Source of the DNA: the human T2T-CHM13v2.0 reference genome, Homo sapiens
Assembly: GCF_009914755.1 (NCBI RefSeq)
Contig: NC_060944.1
Strand: one strand, 5' to 3'
Length of the DNA: 64,000 nt
How positions within the stretch are numbered: position 1 is the first letter of the stretch; each line of letters opens with the position of its first letter. Shown in pieces: positions 14,224 through 26,060 of the stretch. A program made the position numbers and the translations under genes. Under the pieces are notes generated by a model. That model worked only from the letters and a program-made list of their open reading frames with translations. It ran no database searches and had not been told where the DNA came from.

Positions 14224-14973
14224 ACTTAGATGATCAGCAATGTCTTTAAATATGTCTTGACTTACTATTAGGAAATAAAAAAAAATCTTTTATATTAAGA
14301 TTTTTCAAATTGTGTACTGTAGTCCCTTGGGTTTTTGGTGGAGTTGCATAAAAGCCTTCAGAGCTATTGGAAGGATGAGGGCCAAAGAGAAGGAGGCCTC
14401 ACCCAAGGGCACTGGGCACGTTTGTGAACCTGGTATTTCCAGACACTGAGTTCTAGAATCAGACTTTCTTGACCTGTGGATGCATAGAAATGCCCATGTG
14501 TGGTGGTACAGAAATGGTGATTTTTTTCCCACCAGAAAATTTTTTATGAATAATCATTTTTATTTCTAAAGAATAAAGTCCTCAAACAGTTGTCTTCTAG
14601 TCCAGAGAAGTAAAAGATCAGAATTTAGTTTAGTTTAGCCTTGACTTGTTTGCTTCTAGAGAAAATGATGGCTCCTATGATGACTCAACTTACTTTTCAG
14701 TCGAACCAACCTAGTGATGAGGTTTGGAGTAGGGCCAATTTTTATTTTCTTTTTCCATACAAGATGTTATTCGAATGACCTTCTTTTTGGGGCCTTTATC
14801 ATGTCCTATCCCACGGCACTTCTTCCCCATTTTTGCAAAGATTAGTGGTAAAGATTAGTGGAAAAGATTCTCTTTTTCCTCCTGGCTGTCTCCCACTCAT
14901 TCTTCCAGTCCCTGACTCACAAGCCCTTCCCCGACTTCACATTCTAAACTGGTGGCAATCTTTCATTATTCTT

Positions 14974-15371
14974 CTCCCTCTGCCTCTCCCTTCCCCTCCC
15001 CCACCCTTCTGCTTTTTCTGCTTCTGCTTCTGCTGCTTCTCCTTCTCCTTCCCCTTCCCCTTCTTCTTTCTTCTTTCTTCTTTTTTCTTCTTCGCCCAGT
15101 CTCATTCGGTCACCCAGGCTGGAGTGCAGTGGCACAATCTCGGCTCATTGCAAACTCTGCCTCCTGGGTTCTAGTGATTCTCATGCCTCAGCCTCCCAAG
15201 TAGCTGGGATACAGGTGTGCGCCACAACGCCTGGCTAATTTTTGTATTTTTAGTAAAGACGGGGTTTTGCCATATTGGGCAGGATGGTCTCGAACTCTTG
15301 AAATCAGGTGATCCACCCACCTCTGCCTCTCAAAGTGCTGGGATTACAGGCATGAGCCACAGCACCTGGCC
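14974..15371 (-). mobile_element. AluS with tail converted to a compound purine microsatellite
   Basis: Alu body about 15095-15371; TSD tcattattctt (14963-14973 / 15372-15382) brackets the low-complexity tract. Confidence 0.93.
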
Positions 15372-15619
15372 TCATTATTCTTTTGCTTTGCCTTGTGTTA
15401 TCACTTGATGTGTGAGAGTGTTTGTTCTGTATCCATCTTCCCCATTAGAGGGTAAGCCATACACAGGCAAGGACCACATTCATTGGGTTCACCACTGCAT
15501 TGCTGATGTTGGATGCATAGCCAATGCTAAATGAATGAGCATTTGTGTTGTTTCATGGCATGGAGTTGTAGATAAATGTGAGGGGTATGAATGACTTAGA
15601 GGAACAATTCCACAGTAAT

Positions 15620-16560
15620 GCCAGTTAGGAACAATTTCTGCTACAAATAACAGACTATTGACAGATAGTTACTTTGAAAGAAGCTGTTGGAGTCTTGCCT
15701 AATTTCAATACCCTCTGATCACCGAGGCCCCACACACAGTGTTCTCCTGCAGGTCACCGGCTTATTACTCAAAGCACCTGGGGTTCTCTGCTTCATGGAT
15801 TTTGTTCGCTGTTTGAGCATGCTTGTTGGGTTGGGTGGGAAATTCTAGGTAGTTAGCACTCTCAGTAGCAGTCCTCAACAAATAACAGATGTACGTTGGT
15901 AGGTACATATCCCAGTTCTCTTGCCCCTCAGTGGGGCAATACTGAAGCATATCCCCAGCAGTTCTGGGCCTTGGTTGCCCACAGGGGTTACTTCCTCATT
16001 AACATACTCTGTATGGGTTTCCTTCTTGTTCCTGGGTGCTGTCTGGGATCACCTCCCTTATAAATGAATTGCACCAAATGCCCGTCTCAGGCTCTGCTTC
16101 TGAAGAACCTCAATGTAAAATATTTACTTAATAAGAAGCTTGGAGGTAGGTAGTACTAGAGATGGTTAACTCAGCAGCTCAGCAAGGCTGTCAAGCACCC
16201 AGACTTTTCTATCCTTCCAGTTTTTCTGCCTCAGCAGTGGACATTTAGGCTTTATTCAGGTCTTTTCATGGTTCAAGATGGCTGCTGCCGCTTTGGATAA
16301 TGCACCTTCACTTGTGCATGAAAAGTTGGAAGAGCTGGGTGGGCCTAAGAGTGGAGGAGCAGCAAGTAAAAAGGGTCTTTCCTCACATGCGTCTTTCCCT
16401 GAAACAAGGAGAAAACTCTCAGAAGTGACTCCTTTATGTCTCGTTGACTAGAACTGGGCCCTATGGGCCAGCACTTGCTGCGGAAGAGGTTGGGAAGGGA
16501 ATAACTGGTCTTTTCAGGCTTTGGAGTGGGAGGTGGGTTAGGGCATTGGGAACGGATATG
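15620..16560 (-). mobile_element. MLT1-type LTR hosting an ERVL LTR
   Basis: cagttagga...ctgctacaaataacaga start; catggttcaagatggctgctgc; ctcctttatgtctcgttgactagaactggg. Confidence 0.6.
15690..16120 (+). mobile_element. ERVL solo LTR (LTR16/LTR33 group)
   Basis: 3' end gggatcacctccc..ataaatgaattgcaccaaatgcccgtctcaggctctgcttctgaagaacc. Confidence 0.75.
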
Positions 16561-17787
16561 CATAGCCACAACATTAACTAGAGCAGAGCGCATTTGTCTC
16601 TTTTTAAACAGATTGATAGCATAGGGTGGAAAGACCACTAATCTATTTGTCCGTTAAAAGAGGGAATACACAACCAAAAGTGCCTCCAGAAAGGAATTTT
16701 AATCTGTTCATGGCTGGAAAGTTTAAATTTTACAGCAAAAGTTTGAAATCTCTGTAAACGACAGAGATGAAAAGGTCGGCATTTAAATCTGTTTCCTTAA
16801 CAGATGGCTCCCAGAGTGAGCTGAGATCGGAATTCACTTTCTGGGCTCAGCCTTTCTCCATAAAGCTGGTCGTGCAGTTTATGACATCAGCAGAGCCCCA
16901 GAGTGAATTACGGCTCATCCTTGTGTTCATTCTGGTGCCATCTATTATGCTACTGTGTGTGATGTTGATTAGGAAGGTGTCTTTGATAGCTCAGTGGAGG
17001 AAAAAGTGCTCTTGTTAGAGGGTCGAATTACAATAATGGTTAAAGACAAAGGTACATCAAGGGGGGCTGGGACACTAACAGCCTTTTACATTTTTGTCTG
17101 TCTGTGTGTGAGAAGAAAGAATAAGATTATATCAAGTCACTAAAAAATACACTCCATATTTAGGGACAAAGACATTCCTATTTTCTCACTGTCCTAATTG
17201 AGCTCTATACATCTCCTTAATAAAGTCCTGCCATTTACCTAATGCCAGGTGTTATAAATACATTTAATCAATACTTCTGAGTCTTGACAAAAGAGCCATC
17301 TATCACTCTTGACCTCTCAAAGTCTAAGTAATAGGTCAGAGTTTATTACAATAAAACCAAAGGGGTGATCAAAATGTATTTTCTCCATTGGAATTTTATT
17401 GGGTTAGGTATTGCTTGAAATAAGCCATTAGTTGTGGCTGGAACATTTTTTGGGTAGCAAAATTCTCATAAGGGTGATTTTTGTATTGCTATTATTTGAC
17501 TTGGAAGTGTTAAAAAGATTTGAATAATTGATGCCAAGAAGCTTCTTCCATAGAACATACTCATATTTGAGCAATTGAGATTCCTCCTGAGTCTTTGAGG
17601 TATATCAGGGGCCTGGACCTTTTGCAAATTTTTTATATCAGAGTTTTAAAGGGTGGGAACAGGGATACCTAAATTTTTGAAATTCTGATGCATGTCAAAG
17701 TGCCATATTACTGCCATGGAGCTTTTAAAAAGAACATAATATCCTCTGTGCATTTACCAGTTGCTGGGCTAGGCCTTAGGGTGAGAC

Positions 17788-17996
17788 CTGTCCAATATGG
17801 TAGCCACCAGCCATATGAGGCTATTTAACTTTTAATTTCCATTAATTAAAATGAAATAAAATAAAAAAATTGTTCCTCCTTTGCATTAGGTACATTTCAA
17901 GTGTTCAGTAGCTACAGATGGCTAGTAGCTAACATATTGGACTGCAAAGATACAGAACATTTCCATCATCACAGAAAATTCTACTGGACAGCTCTG
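17788..17996. mobile_element. MER3 hAT MITE
   Basis: ctgtccaata...tagccaccagccatatg...acatttcaagtgttcagtagc...aaaattctactggacagc; TIR-like ends. Confidence 0.85.
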
Positions 17997-18147
17997 GATT
18001 AGACAATAAACAAGACAGACATGATTTCTGCCCTAATGGAGAAAATAGACCAGCCCTCTGCCTCCCCCCATCCACTCCCAACTGCCAATAAATGGACAAA
18101 TCAACAATTAAGAATTTTGTTTTATGAGGAAAGCCAAGGTCTGTGAT

Positions 18148-18300
18148 CAGGGCTGGCTATGTGGGGCCCAGTGAAAAATGAGAATGCATGAACCCTCGTT
18201 CAAAAAAAACTTAAGAATTTTAAATGGCTATAGCCAAACATTAAAGAAGTCCGGGGTCCTTCTGAGCACAAGTTGCACACTCAATCTGGCTGAAACAGAC
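18148..18300. mobile_element. MER91-like hAT-Tip100 MITE
   Basis: cagggctggc...ggggcccagtgaaaaatgagaatg...ttcaaaaa...aagaattt. Confidence 0.6.
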
Positions 18301-19782
18301 TAAAGCCAAGGGGCCTGGAGACCTTTTATAGTTAAGGATGTCACAAATGCTTCTGCTAGAAAGTGACAAATAATACGAGGTGAAAAAGATGAGAGAAAAT
18401 GCAAAGTGTGTAGGAGAAGATTTTAGGCAAAGAGAACAGCACAAAGGACCCAGGAGGGAAAGAGGATGGCATATTCAAGAACCTAAAAGCATTCCAGAGT
18501 GGTAGAGGGAGGAAAGAATAGCGGAGGTCAAGGCTGAGATGATGGTCAGGGCCAGGGCCAGTGGTTGGGTCCTCGTAGCTGATGGTTGTGTAGGGTTGTG
18601 TAGTCATCCCCACACCCCGTTACAGACTCACTGGTGAGGCCCAGCATATGGCTTTATCTTCAGGTTTCATTTGTGAGGTTGAGAGCATCTCTAACTCGTA
18701 AGGAATTCATGCACGTCAGAATGAAATTCTGCTTTTTATTTTTTAAGACAAGGAGGGAGAGGCACAGGAGATGATTTGCTTTGATTCACGGTCTGGTGCA
18801 GGAGCAGGTTAAGGAAGTCGGGGAGAATGAGCAGGGTTCTGTGCACGCACGTGGCATTTCTAAGCCCCTGCAGATGCAGGGCTGGGCGGGAAGATTCCTG
18901 TCTCTCTCATGTGTCATAGGGAAGCATTGGCTTGCACGTGTTACTTCCCAAAAAGGTGTTTCATCCATAGAAATGCTGATTCTCTGGCTTCCCAATGCTA
19001 TATTTAGAAATGACATTTACATTTCCACAGATCAACAGCTCCTGTTTGGATACAGTTCCAGGAGCTTTGCTGTGACAGTGAATGTGCTGGCTTTTATTCT
19101 CCCCTGTTTCCCTTTCTTAGCTGTGGGCAATTAGCAAAGTTAGGAGGCATTTGTCATTTGGTAGATGAAAATAATTAAATATGATAAATTCATATATTTT
19201 GAAAGAGGTCAAAATGAACCAGTATCTGTATCTTGACTTTCAAAAAGGCTTGGGGGAAAATTTATTCTATTTTCTGTGTCATTCATTTAAAGAATATCTG
19301 TATAGATTTTAGCTAAAGCATCCCTTAAACCCCCAAATCCTCCCACCCTCCCATGTTATTTTATTTATTTATTTTTGTTAATTTTGAATCTGAAAGTTTC
19401 TGATACCTTAGTAGCTTATTTATTGATAGTTCATATCCATAGAGAAATGTCTTTTATTCTGCAGTAAACCATTATTTCATTGAGGGTTTATACCTGTGGT
19501 ATGTGTGTGCATATTATTTTGTGCCTGATGGAGTTCAAATATTCTAAGTATTACTCTGACATATTTCCATCTTAGCAAAATTATTCTCACAGCTATTGAT
19601 AACAAAGGAAAGGACCAAATATCTTATTTCCTTGTCAAGAGGGTGGAAAAAATGGAAATAGTAAAAATAACCATTGGCTGCCATCAATCTACAGGATTAT
19701 GGTCTACCTTTGGTAATAACATTCTACTTAGAGCCTCCTGAAACCTGATCAAGGGACCCCATAAAATTGTGAGCACATGTCA

Positions 19783-19797
19783 CCATTAGAGGGCAGT
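19783..19797 (+). promoter_or_regulatory. CTCF-like motif
   Basis: ccattagagggcagt; one mismatch to the core CCACTAGAGGGCAG. Confidence 0.45.
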
Positions 19798-20180
19798 GTG
19801 CACTCTCTCCAAGAGCCCATAAAAATTATGTTTCCTGCCATAGCTAAAAGGATTTGTCTGGCAAAGGGCAAACCCATTAGGCATAAACATTCAGCATTTT
19901 TTGCTGTTGCCTGTCATAATGAAAACAATGATTTGAAAGTTCTGATTAAACCTGCAAGATTTTCTATCTAGTGTATGTCTTCAAGCATATACTTTTCAAA
20001 CTTACTTCTTTTGATGTTCAGCTGTGCTAGAAACGTGAGTTAGACCTGGCACAACTTTTTCAGGACTTTGGTAGGGAAAGCTCACTTTAATCTCAGTGAC
20101 GAAGCTCTCCTTGGAATATAGATGGCCATTAAGTAACAGGAAAGTCTTTATCAAAACAACAGCAACCAAAGTTAGTTAAA

Positions 20181-20490
<310 letters not shown>

Positions 20491-20986
20491 TAAAAAAAAG
20501 TCACTCTAAACTCCAAAATGTGTCCAAAAGTCCTCACCCACCAAAACCTAATACAAACATGAAGAATTAGTGAATATTTTTTCAGTCCTGTTTTTTCTGA
20601 GGAGCAAGAAAAAGAAATCTTTGTTTATATCACCGTTGGTAGGCCAGTAAACAAAGGCTAGAGAAGACATTTGTATAAACTTGAGAATTTGCATTTAAAA
20701 CATGATCTACAGTTACTTTGTAGAATATCAGAATTTGATTCATCAGTGGGCATAAAATCATCGCGTTGGCGGTAGACCTGGAATTGGCAAAATTATGATT
20801 GCGTCAACGTGCCAGCCCACATCGGCTTCTTGTTCAGGTGTGAGATTGTAAAGGAAGGGTCTGCTAGACTCGTCTTTCAAAAAATTCAGCAAATAAATTG
20901 TTTGCTTTACAACTGCCAGCCGCAGTTGCCTCTGGCAGCGTTGTTTTTCTGCTGACTGCGACAGATTGAGCTCTTCTGCCGGAATT

Positions 20987-21001
20987 TCTCTAGAGGGCAG
21001 T
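20987..21001 (+). promoter_or_regulatory. CTCF-like motif
   Basis: tctctagagggcagt; shares TAGAGGGCAGT with the 19783 site. Confidence 0.35.
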
Positions 21002-21386
21002 AAGGATTCGAGGCTCTTTCCCTATTTTTCTGAAATGACGGATCATCGTTGTGCAGCTGCAAAGGTTAGGTAGTGCAGCACACGCTCTGGTGCTGGGGAG
21101 AGTGGCCGAACTCTCCAGAAAGGAGCCTCCTTGGCTTCCTGGTACGTCCTGCAAGCCGATATTTTGTGATAACCTGCAGAAAATCATTTCCTCTCTTCCA
21201 AAAGGAAATGGAAGGATTTATTAATAGAGTACAGCTATAGATACAACATATATGTATTAATGGTTGACCAAGGATTTAAAAATTAAATGGCTCCTGGGAT
21301 CCTGCGTTGGAGGCTGGGTAAAGTCAACAATGGAATATCTGGGAAAACCAAACAGAATAGTTGGGAAAGAGAAATCTGTGTAATCC

Positions 21387-21603
21387 TGTGGTCCTCAACC
21401 AGGAACAGTTTTGCTCCCAGGGGACCTTTAAAGACATTTTTGATTGTTACAACTGCGGGCGGGGGTGGAGGTGGTGGGGGGCCTGTAGCATCAATTGAGT
21501 AAAAACGAGGCACGCTACTAAACATCCCATAATAAAAAATACAGCCCCACAACAAAGAATTATTCGGCCTCAAATATCAATAGTGCCCAGGCTGAGAAAT
21601 CCC
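21387..21603 (+). mobile_element. MER20 hAT MITE
   Basis: gtggtcctcaaccagg...gacatttttgattgttacaactg...caacaaagaattattcggcc..aaatatcaatagtgcccaggctgagaaa. Confidence 0.88.
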
Positions 21604-21949
21604 GATGCAAGCCATCAGGTAGCCAGGAAGAAAACGTGAAAATAGATTTTAGAAAGCTACAGAAAATTTAGTTTTTGTTTTCAGTTTCTTGGACTCTGAA
21701 GATGAAAAGCCAGAATGTCTGTGATATTCAGGATCGTTTTTCGTGTGCTTCCTGCATCAAAGCATGAAAATTGTGGGACCCAGGTGAATTTGAACCCACT
21801 GGGCAAGAGGAGCTGTTGAGGTGAAATGGCAGAGTGGCCCCTCACAGGTTCCAGCAGGTGGGGAGGACCCTTCTGTGCTGCTGGGAATTTGGGGCTGGGC
21901 ATTGCTGGACTCTGTGCCATTCCCTAGTTGCAGGGCCACTAGATGCCTG

Positions 21950-21998
21950 ACTTTCTCTTTCTCTTTCTCTTTTTCTCTTTCTTTCTTTTCTTTCCTTT

Positions 21999-22057
<59 letters not shown>

Positions 22058-22350
22058 CTCTTTCTTTTTCTTTCTTTCTTTCTCTTTCCTTCCTTCCTTC
22101 CTTCCTTCTCTTTTTTCTTTCTCTCTCTCTTTCTTTTTCTTTCTTTATCTCTTTCTCTCTTTCTTTTTATATATATTTTATTATACTTTAAGTTCTAGGG
22201 TACATGTGCACAACGTGCAGGTTTGTTACATATGTATACATGTACCATGTTCGTGTGCTGCACCCATTAACTTGTCATTTACCAAACACCGCAAGTTCTC
22301 ACTCATAGGTGGGAATTGAACAATGAGAACTCCCTTTCTTTCTTTCTTTC

Positions 22351-22424
<74 letters not shown>
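21950..22424. repeat. compound (TTTC)n/(TC)n/(TTCC)n polypyrimidine tract interrupted by L1
   Basis: Direct reading; pyrimidine tracts 21950-22163 and 22331-22424. Confidence 0.97.
22164..22330 (-). mobile_element. short L1PA (about PA3-5) insertion with 5' inversion
   Basis: 22164-22281 is the antisense L1 3' terminus; 22282-22330 is an upstream 3'-UTR segment in the opposite orientation. Confidence 0.92.
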
Positions 22425-22425
<1 letters not shown>

Positions 22426-22556
22426 GCTGCAGGTTCAGCATGGAAATGCTGATATGCTAATGTAAAATCATTCTCTCGGGAAACAGAGAGATTGGGATCA
22501 AAATGGGGTCTTTTGCAAATAGCAGACTTTGGTTGGATATTTTGAAGCTCTATGGC

Positions 22557-22778
22557 TCTGGTTCTCAACCAGGGGTGATTTTGTCCCCAGGGGGACATTT
22601 GATGATGTGTGGAGACATTTTTGGTTGTCACGACTGAGTGGGAGTGCTACTGGCATCTAGTGGGTAGAAGCCAGGGATTCTGCTATAGATCCTGCAATGC
22701 ACAGGACAGCCTGCCCCCGTGCCCCGGTACAGAACTATGGGGCCAGCAATCTCAATAGTGGCAAGGTTAAGAAAGCTT
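22557..22778 (+). mobile_element. MER20 hAT MITE
   Basis: tggttctcaaccaggggtgattttgtcccccagggggacatttg...gtgctactggcatctagtgggtagaagccaggga. Confidence 0.92.
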
Positions 22779-23239
22779 ACTCTATGGTTTTTGGCTTTGC
22801 ATAATACATTCTTATTCCCTACCAATTCTAGGATCAAAAGCGTCCACAGTTATGAAAATTTCCTGTTCTCCAATATTCCACAGATGACTTGCTGGTAGGA
22901 GAAAAGAGTGAGAATTGCATCCACTGTGTTTGTAAGGCAGAGTCGTGTATTTATTCGCATTGAAAGGAACATCTCTGTGCCCAGAAGCAGACATGTAGGC
23001 AGTGAAAGCAGGTTGAGGACATGCAATTGCTTCATGTGGATATGAATTTTTTTTTCCTCAGTGAACCGAAGTTAGCAGGTGTAAAATGATCTTGGAAACT
23101 CAATTAATTTTTCAAAGGCCCAGGCACAGGGCCAGTCTTTGCAAGAACTGGAAGGTGATATGGTTTCATAGAAATATCTAGAAAAGGGTGGATGTGATAA
23201 ACTATCAGGATCAGACAGGTAAAATAAAGGCAGCGTGGG

Positions 23240-23500
23240 TGAGGATTGCAAATCTTGGAGTCTGAAGTTGGAATGAAGGAGGTTTGAGTCTCAGCTCCAT
23301 TATTTACTAGCTCCAGGATTTGGGGCAAGCCACTTCACTTCTCTCAACTATAGCTTTTGCATCTGTGAAATGGGGATAATCGTACTCTTTAATTTCAATT
23401 AAATTAGGGCAACAAATGTAATAATGTATTAAATAGCTCTTCAGAGTTCTTGGTATATAGTAAGTGCTTAATAAATACTAGATACTTTATTATTATTATC
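23240..23500 (+). mobile_element. MIR SINE
   Basis: ggtttgagtctcagctccattatttactagct...gggcaagccacttcacttctct...catctgtgaaatggggataat. Confidence 0.82.
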
Positions 23501-24059
23501 ATAATCACCACTGTTGCCATTATTATTTTCAATGTTTCAGAATCTCCAGTGGTGCAGAATCAAGGGTTTATGTGTCCAAAGGCTTACCTTATTCCTTGCC
23601 CCCCTTTTTTTTAAAATCTGAGAAAGCAGAATTTTAATTGTATGAGTTTTTCCCTAGTGTCTCGTGTAGCTTTTCTCATATTCTGAAGTTTAGTCTACAT
23701 AATGGAAACATTTTAAAACATTAGGCAAAATATAATTGTTTTGATTATTTGCCTATGCAAATATAAAAAGATACTTTCTTTTTGCTGTTTAGGTTAAAGT
23801 GATCAGGAATTTAATAATGTAGGAACGAGAAAAAACTTTTCTGAGAGGTGGCACTAGGAATTTTTAAAGGCATGAAAATTGTCTTTATTTGGGGAAATAC
23901 AAAGTTTTAGATGTACTTGGGGCAGAATGTGAGACCCCAGAAATCTTAAAGTTGTTGAGAAAAGAGGGTTACAGGAAAGAGCAAAAGTTTTCTGCATGAG
24001 ACAAAGAGAAGAGTTTGCTTATTTGATTTGGGAAGGGAGGGTGGGCAGATGAGAGGGAA

Positions 24060-24515
24060 AAGGTGGAGGGAGAAGGTGGGCAGGGCTAAGGATAGACATG
24101 TGACACAGGCCTGGCTAATCAGAGGAGAGCATACCCCCAGCTTCAAAGAAGGACCGTGGGATGAATGTGCAGACCCAAGTAGTGAGAATTCTGGGACGTT
24201 AACTGGAGCCAGTGGGAGCATAATGTTCTCTCTGCTGGACAGGAGCTGTAAGGATGTTTATCTGGAGCTTCTGGCAGCCATTTTGTCACCATGAGGCATG
24301 AACCTGAATGAGAATGGAGCTAACTCAGGAGGAAGCAGAACTCAGAGCTGGGGAAAGACTAAGTCCTGATGACATTGGTTGAACTCCTAGATGGCATTGG
24401 TTGAACCCAGAGCCCATCTACCTAAGGCCTTGCGTTTACATAGGCCAATTATCTTTTGTGGGTAAGCCTGTTTGAGTTGGTATTTCTGTCACTGGCAACC
24501 AAAGGAATACCTGTG
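24060..24515 (+). mobile_element. MLT1K/L-like LTR
   Basis: gacatgtgacacaggcctggctaatcaga; 3' end tttgagttggtatttctgtcactggcaaccaaagg. Confidence 0.7.
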
Positions 24516-25259
24516 ATATAGAGAGGACCCCGGCTAATAAACACACAGGTAAGAACAACTGAGGTCTGACTCTGAAGTCTAGTCTACCTGACTTCAAGGC
24601 AGTTATTCTATGACATTAGGAGATAAGAGAGCTTAGATTCACTTTTCTCATCTGTAAAATGGGAAGGTTGGGAGTAAATCGGTCATTCCCAGCCTGAAGT
24701 ATTCAGACTTTCAGGTTTCTTGCAATTAAAAATGTGAACCCTAAGACAATTTTAATTTTCCAAACTCCTGAATTGAAACTCTAGATTTCTGTAGTATGGC
24801 TACTCCAAATTAATTGGAATATTACATTTCTTCACTTTTTTTTCTTGGGACTTACAACTCATTGAGGAAATAGTACTCAGTTACTGCTAATCAGAAGATC
24901 CAGTGTGCAGAGCTGCTATTATAATTAATTTTAAAAGTGAGAATATAAATAATTATTTTAGAAATATATTTTAGTAGATACAAACTTTTGAGAATATTGG
25001 GGTCACTTAAAAATGGGTCATTGGGGTAAAAAGATTGGGAAACCAAGGTGTAAATGTAAATGATATAACATTTTCAGTAATCCAATCTGACCGTTAGGAT
25101 TTAAAATCCGTGTTCTTTTATTTATTTGTCCCAGACTGTAATTAGTGGGCATGAGTTGTCTTTATTTTTATGCAAAAAGAATTCATCAAAATACTCTTCC
25201 ATCTTAAAATTTTTTTAATATTAATCACTTACTGATTCTTTGAACAAATCACTATGTGA

Positions 25260-26060
25260 CTGCATTCATTCATTCAGCCCCAATTTATTACATGGCTACT
25301 GTGTATCAGCCACTGTTCTAGGTACTGGGAATTAAAAAACAGAAAACCAAAAGAGAAATAGTTCTAACTCAGGGATAGGCAACAATAAAATGAAAAATCA
25401 AATAGGTAGTATGTGAGATGGCAATGCATGCTGTGAAGAAAATAGAAAATAAAGCAGGAAAGGGGAGAGAGAGTTCTGGGCAGGATACCACTTCAAACTG
25501 GGTGGCCAAGGGTGCCTTAGTGATCAGGGGACTTCTGAAAAGAGATTTAAAGAAGGTGACAGAAGGGCCATGCAAATACCTGGGGAAAGGGTCTTCCAGG
25601 CACAGGAAGTGGCAGGTGCAAAGTTCCTGAAGCAGCATGCGCCTGCCATATTCAAGAATTAGCTGGGAAACCAGTGTGGCTAGAGTGGGGTGAGAGAGAA
25701 GATCAGCCAAAGGCAATGAGGTCAGACAAACTGTGGGTGAGAAGGGGAACGTCCCTGGGGCCCCGTGGGGCAGGGTTTCCCAACCTTGACACTGTTGACT
25801 TTTGGGGCCAGACCATTCTTTGTTGGAGGGGCTTTGTCGTGCGTTGAAAGATGTTTAACATCATTACGGCTATACCTGCTAGATGTGAGTAGCACCGCTC
25901 CTCCTGCCCCCAAGTGATGACAACCAAAATGTCTCCAGACAATGCCAAATGTCCTCTGGGGAGTACAGTCACAGCCAGTTGAGAACCATGGCTGTAGGAG
26001 CCTCATGAGGACTTGGTTTTTAGCCTGAGTGCAGTGAGAGACCTGAGAGAGTTTTGAGTT
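25260..26060 (-). mobile_element. L2a fragment interrupted by MER20
   Basis: cattcattcattca terminus; ccaggcacaggaagtggcaggtgcaaagttcctga; ggaaaccagtgtggctagag. Confidence 0.8.
25771..25990 (-). mobile_element. MER20 hAT MITE
   Basis: cagggtttcccaaccttgacactgttgactttt...caaccaaaatgtctccagacaatgccaaatgtcc...gttgagaacca. Confidence 0.92.

Noticed and set aside
20740-21200. CpG island or promoter
   Set aside because: GC content is only moderate and no clear core promoter is seen; kept only as a CpG-retaining element
21455-21482. G-rich run in MER20 (also 11785-11818) as a G-quadruplex
   Set aside because: Does not meet four G3 tracts with short loops; weak candidates inside repeats
21821-22631. 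Phe/Leu/Ser-rich and Lys/Glu/Arg-rich ORFs
   Set aside because: Translations of the (TTTC)n microsatellite
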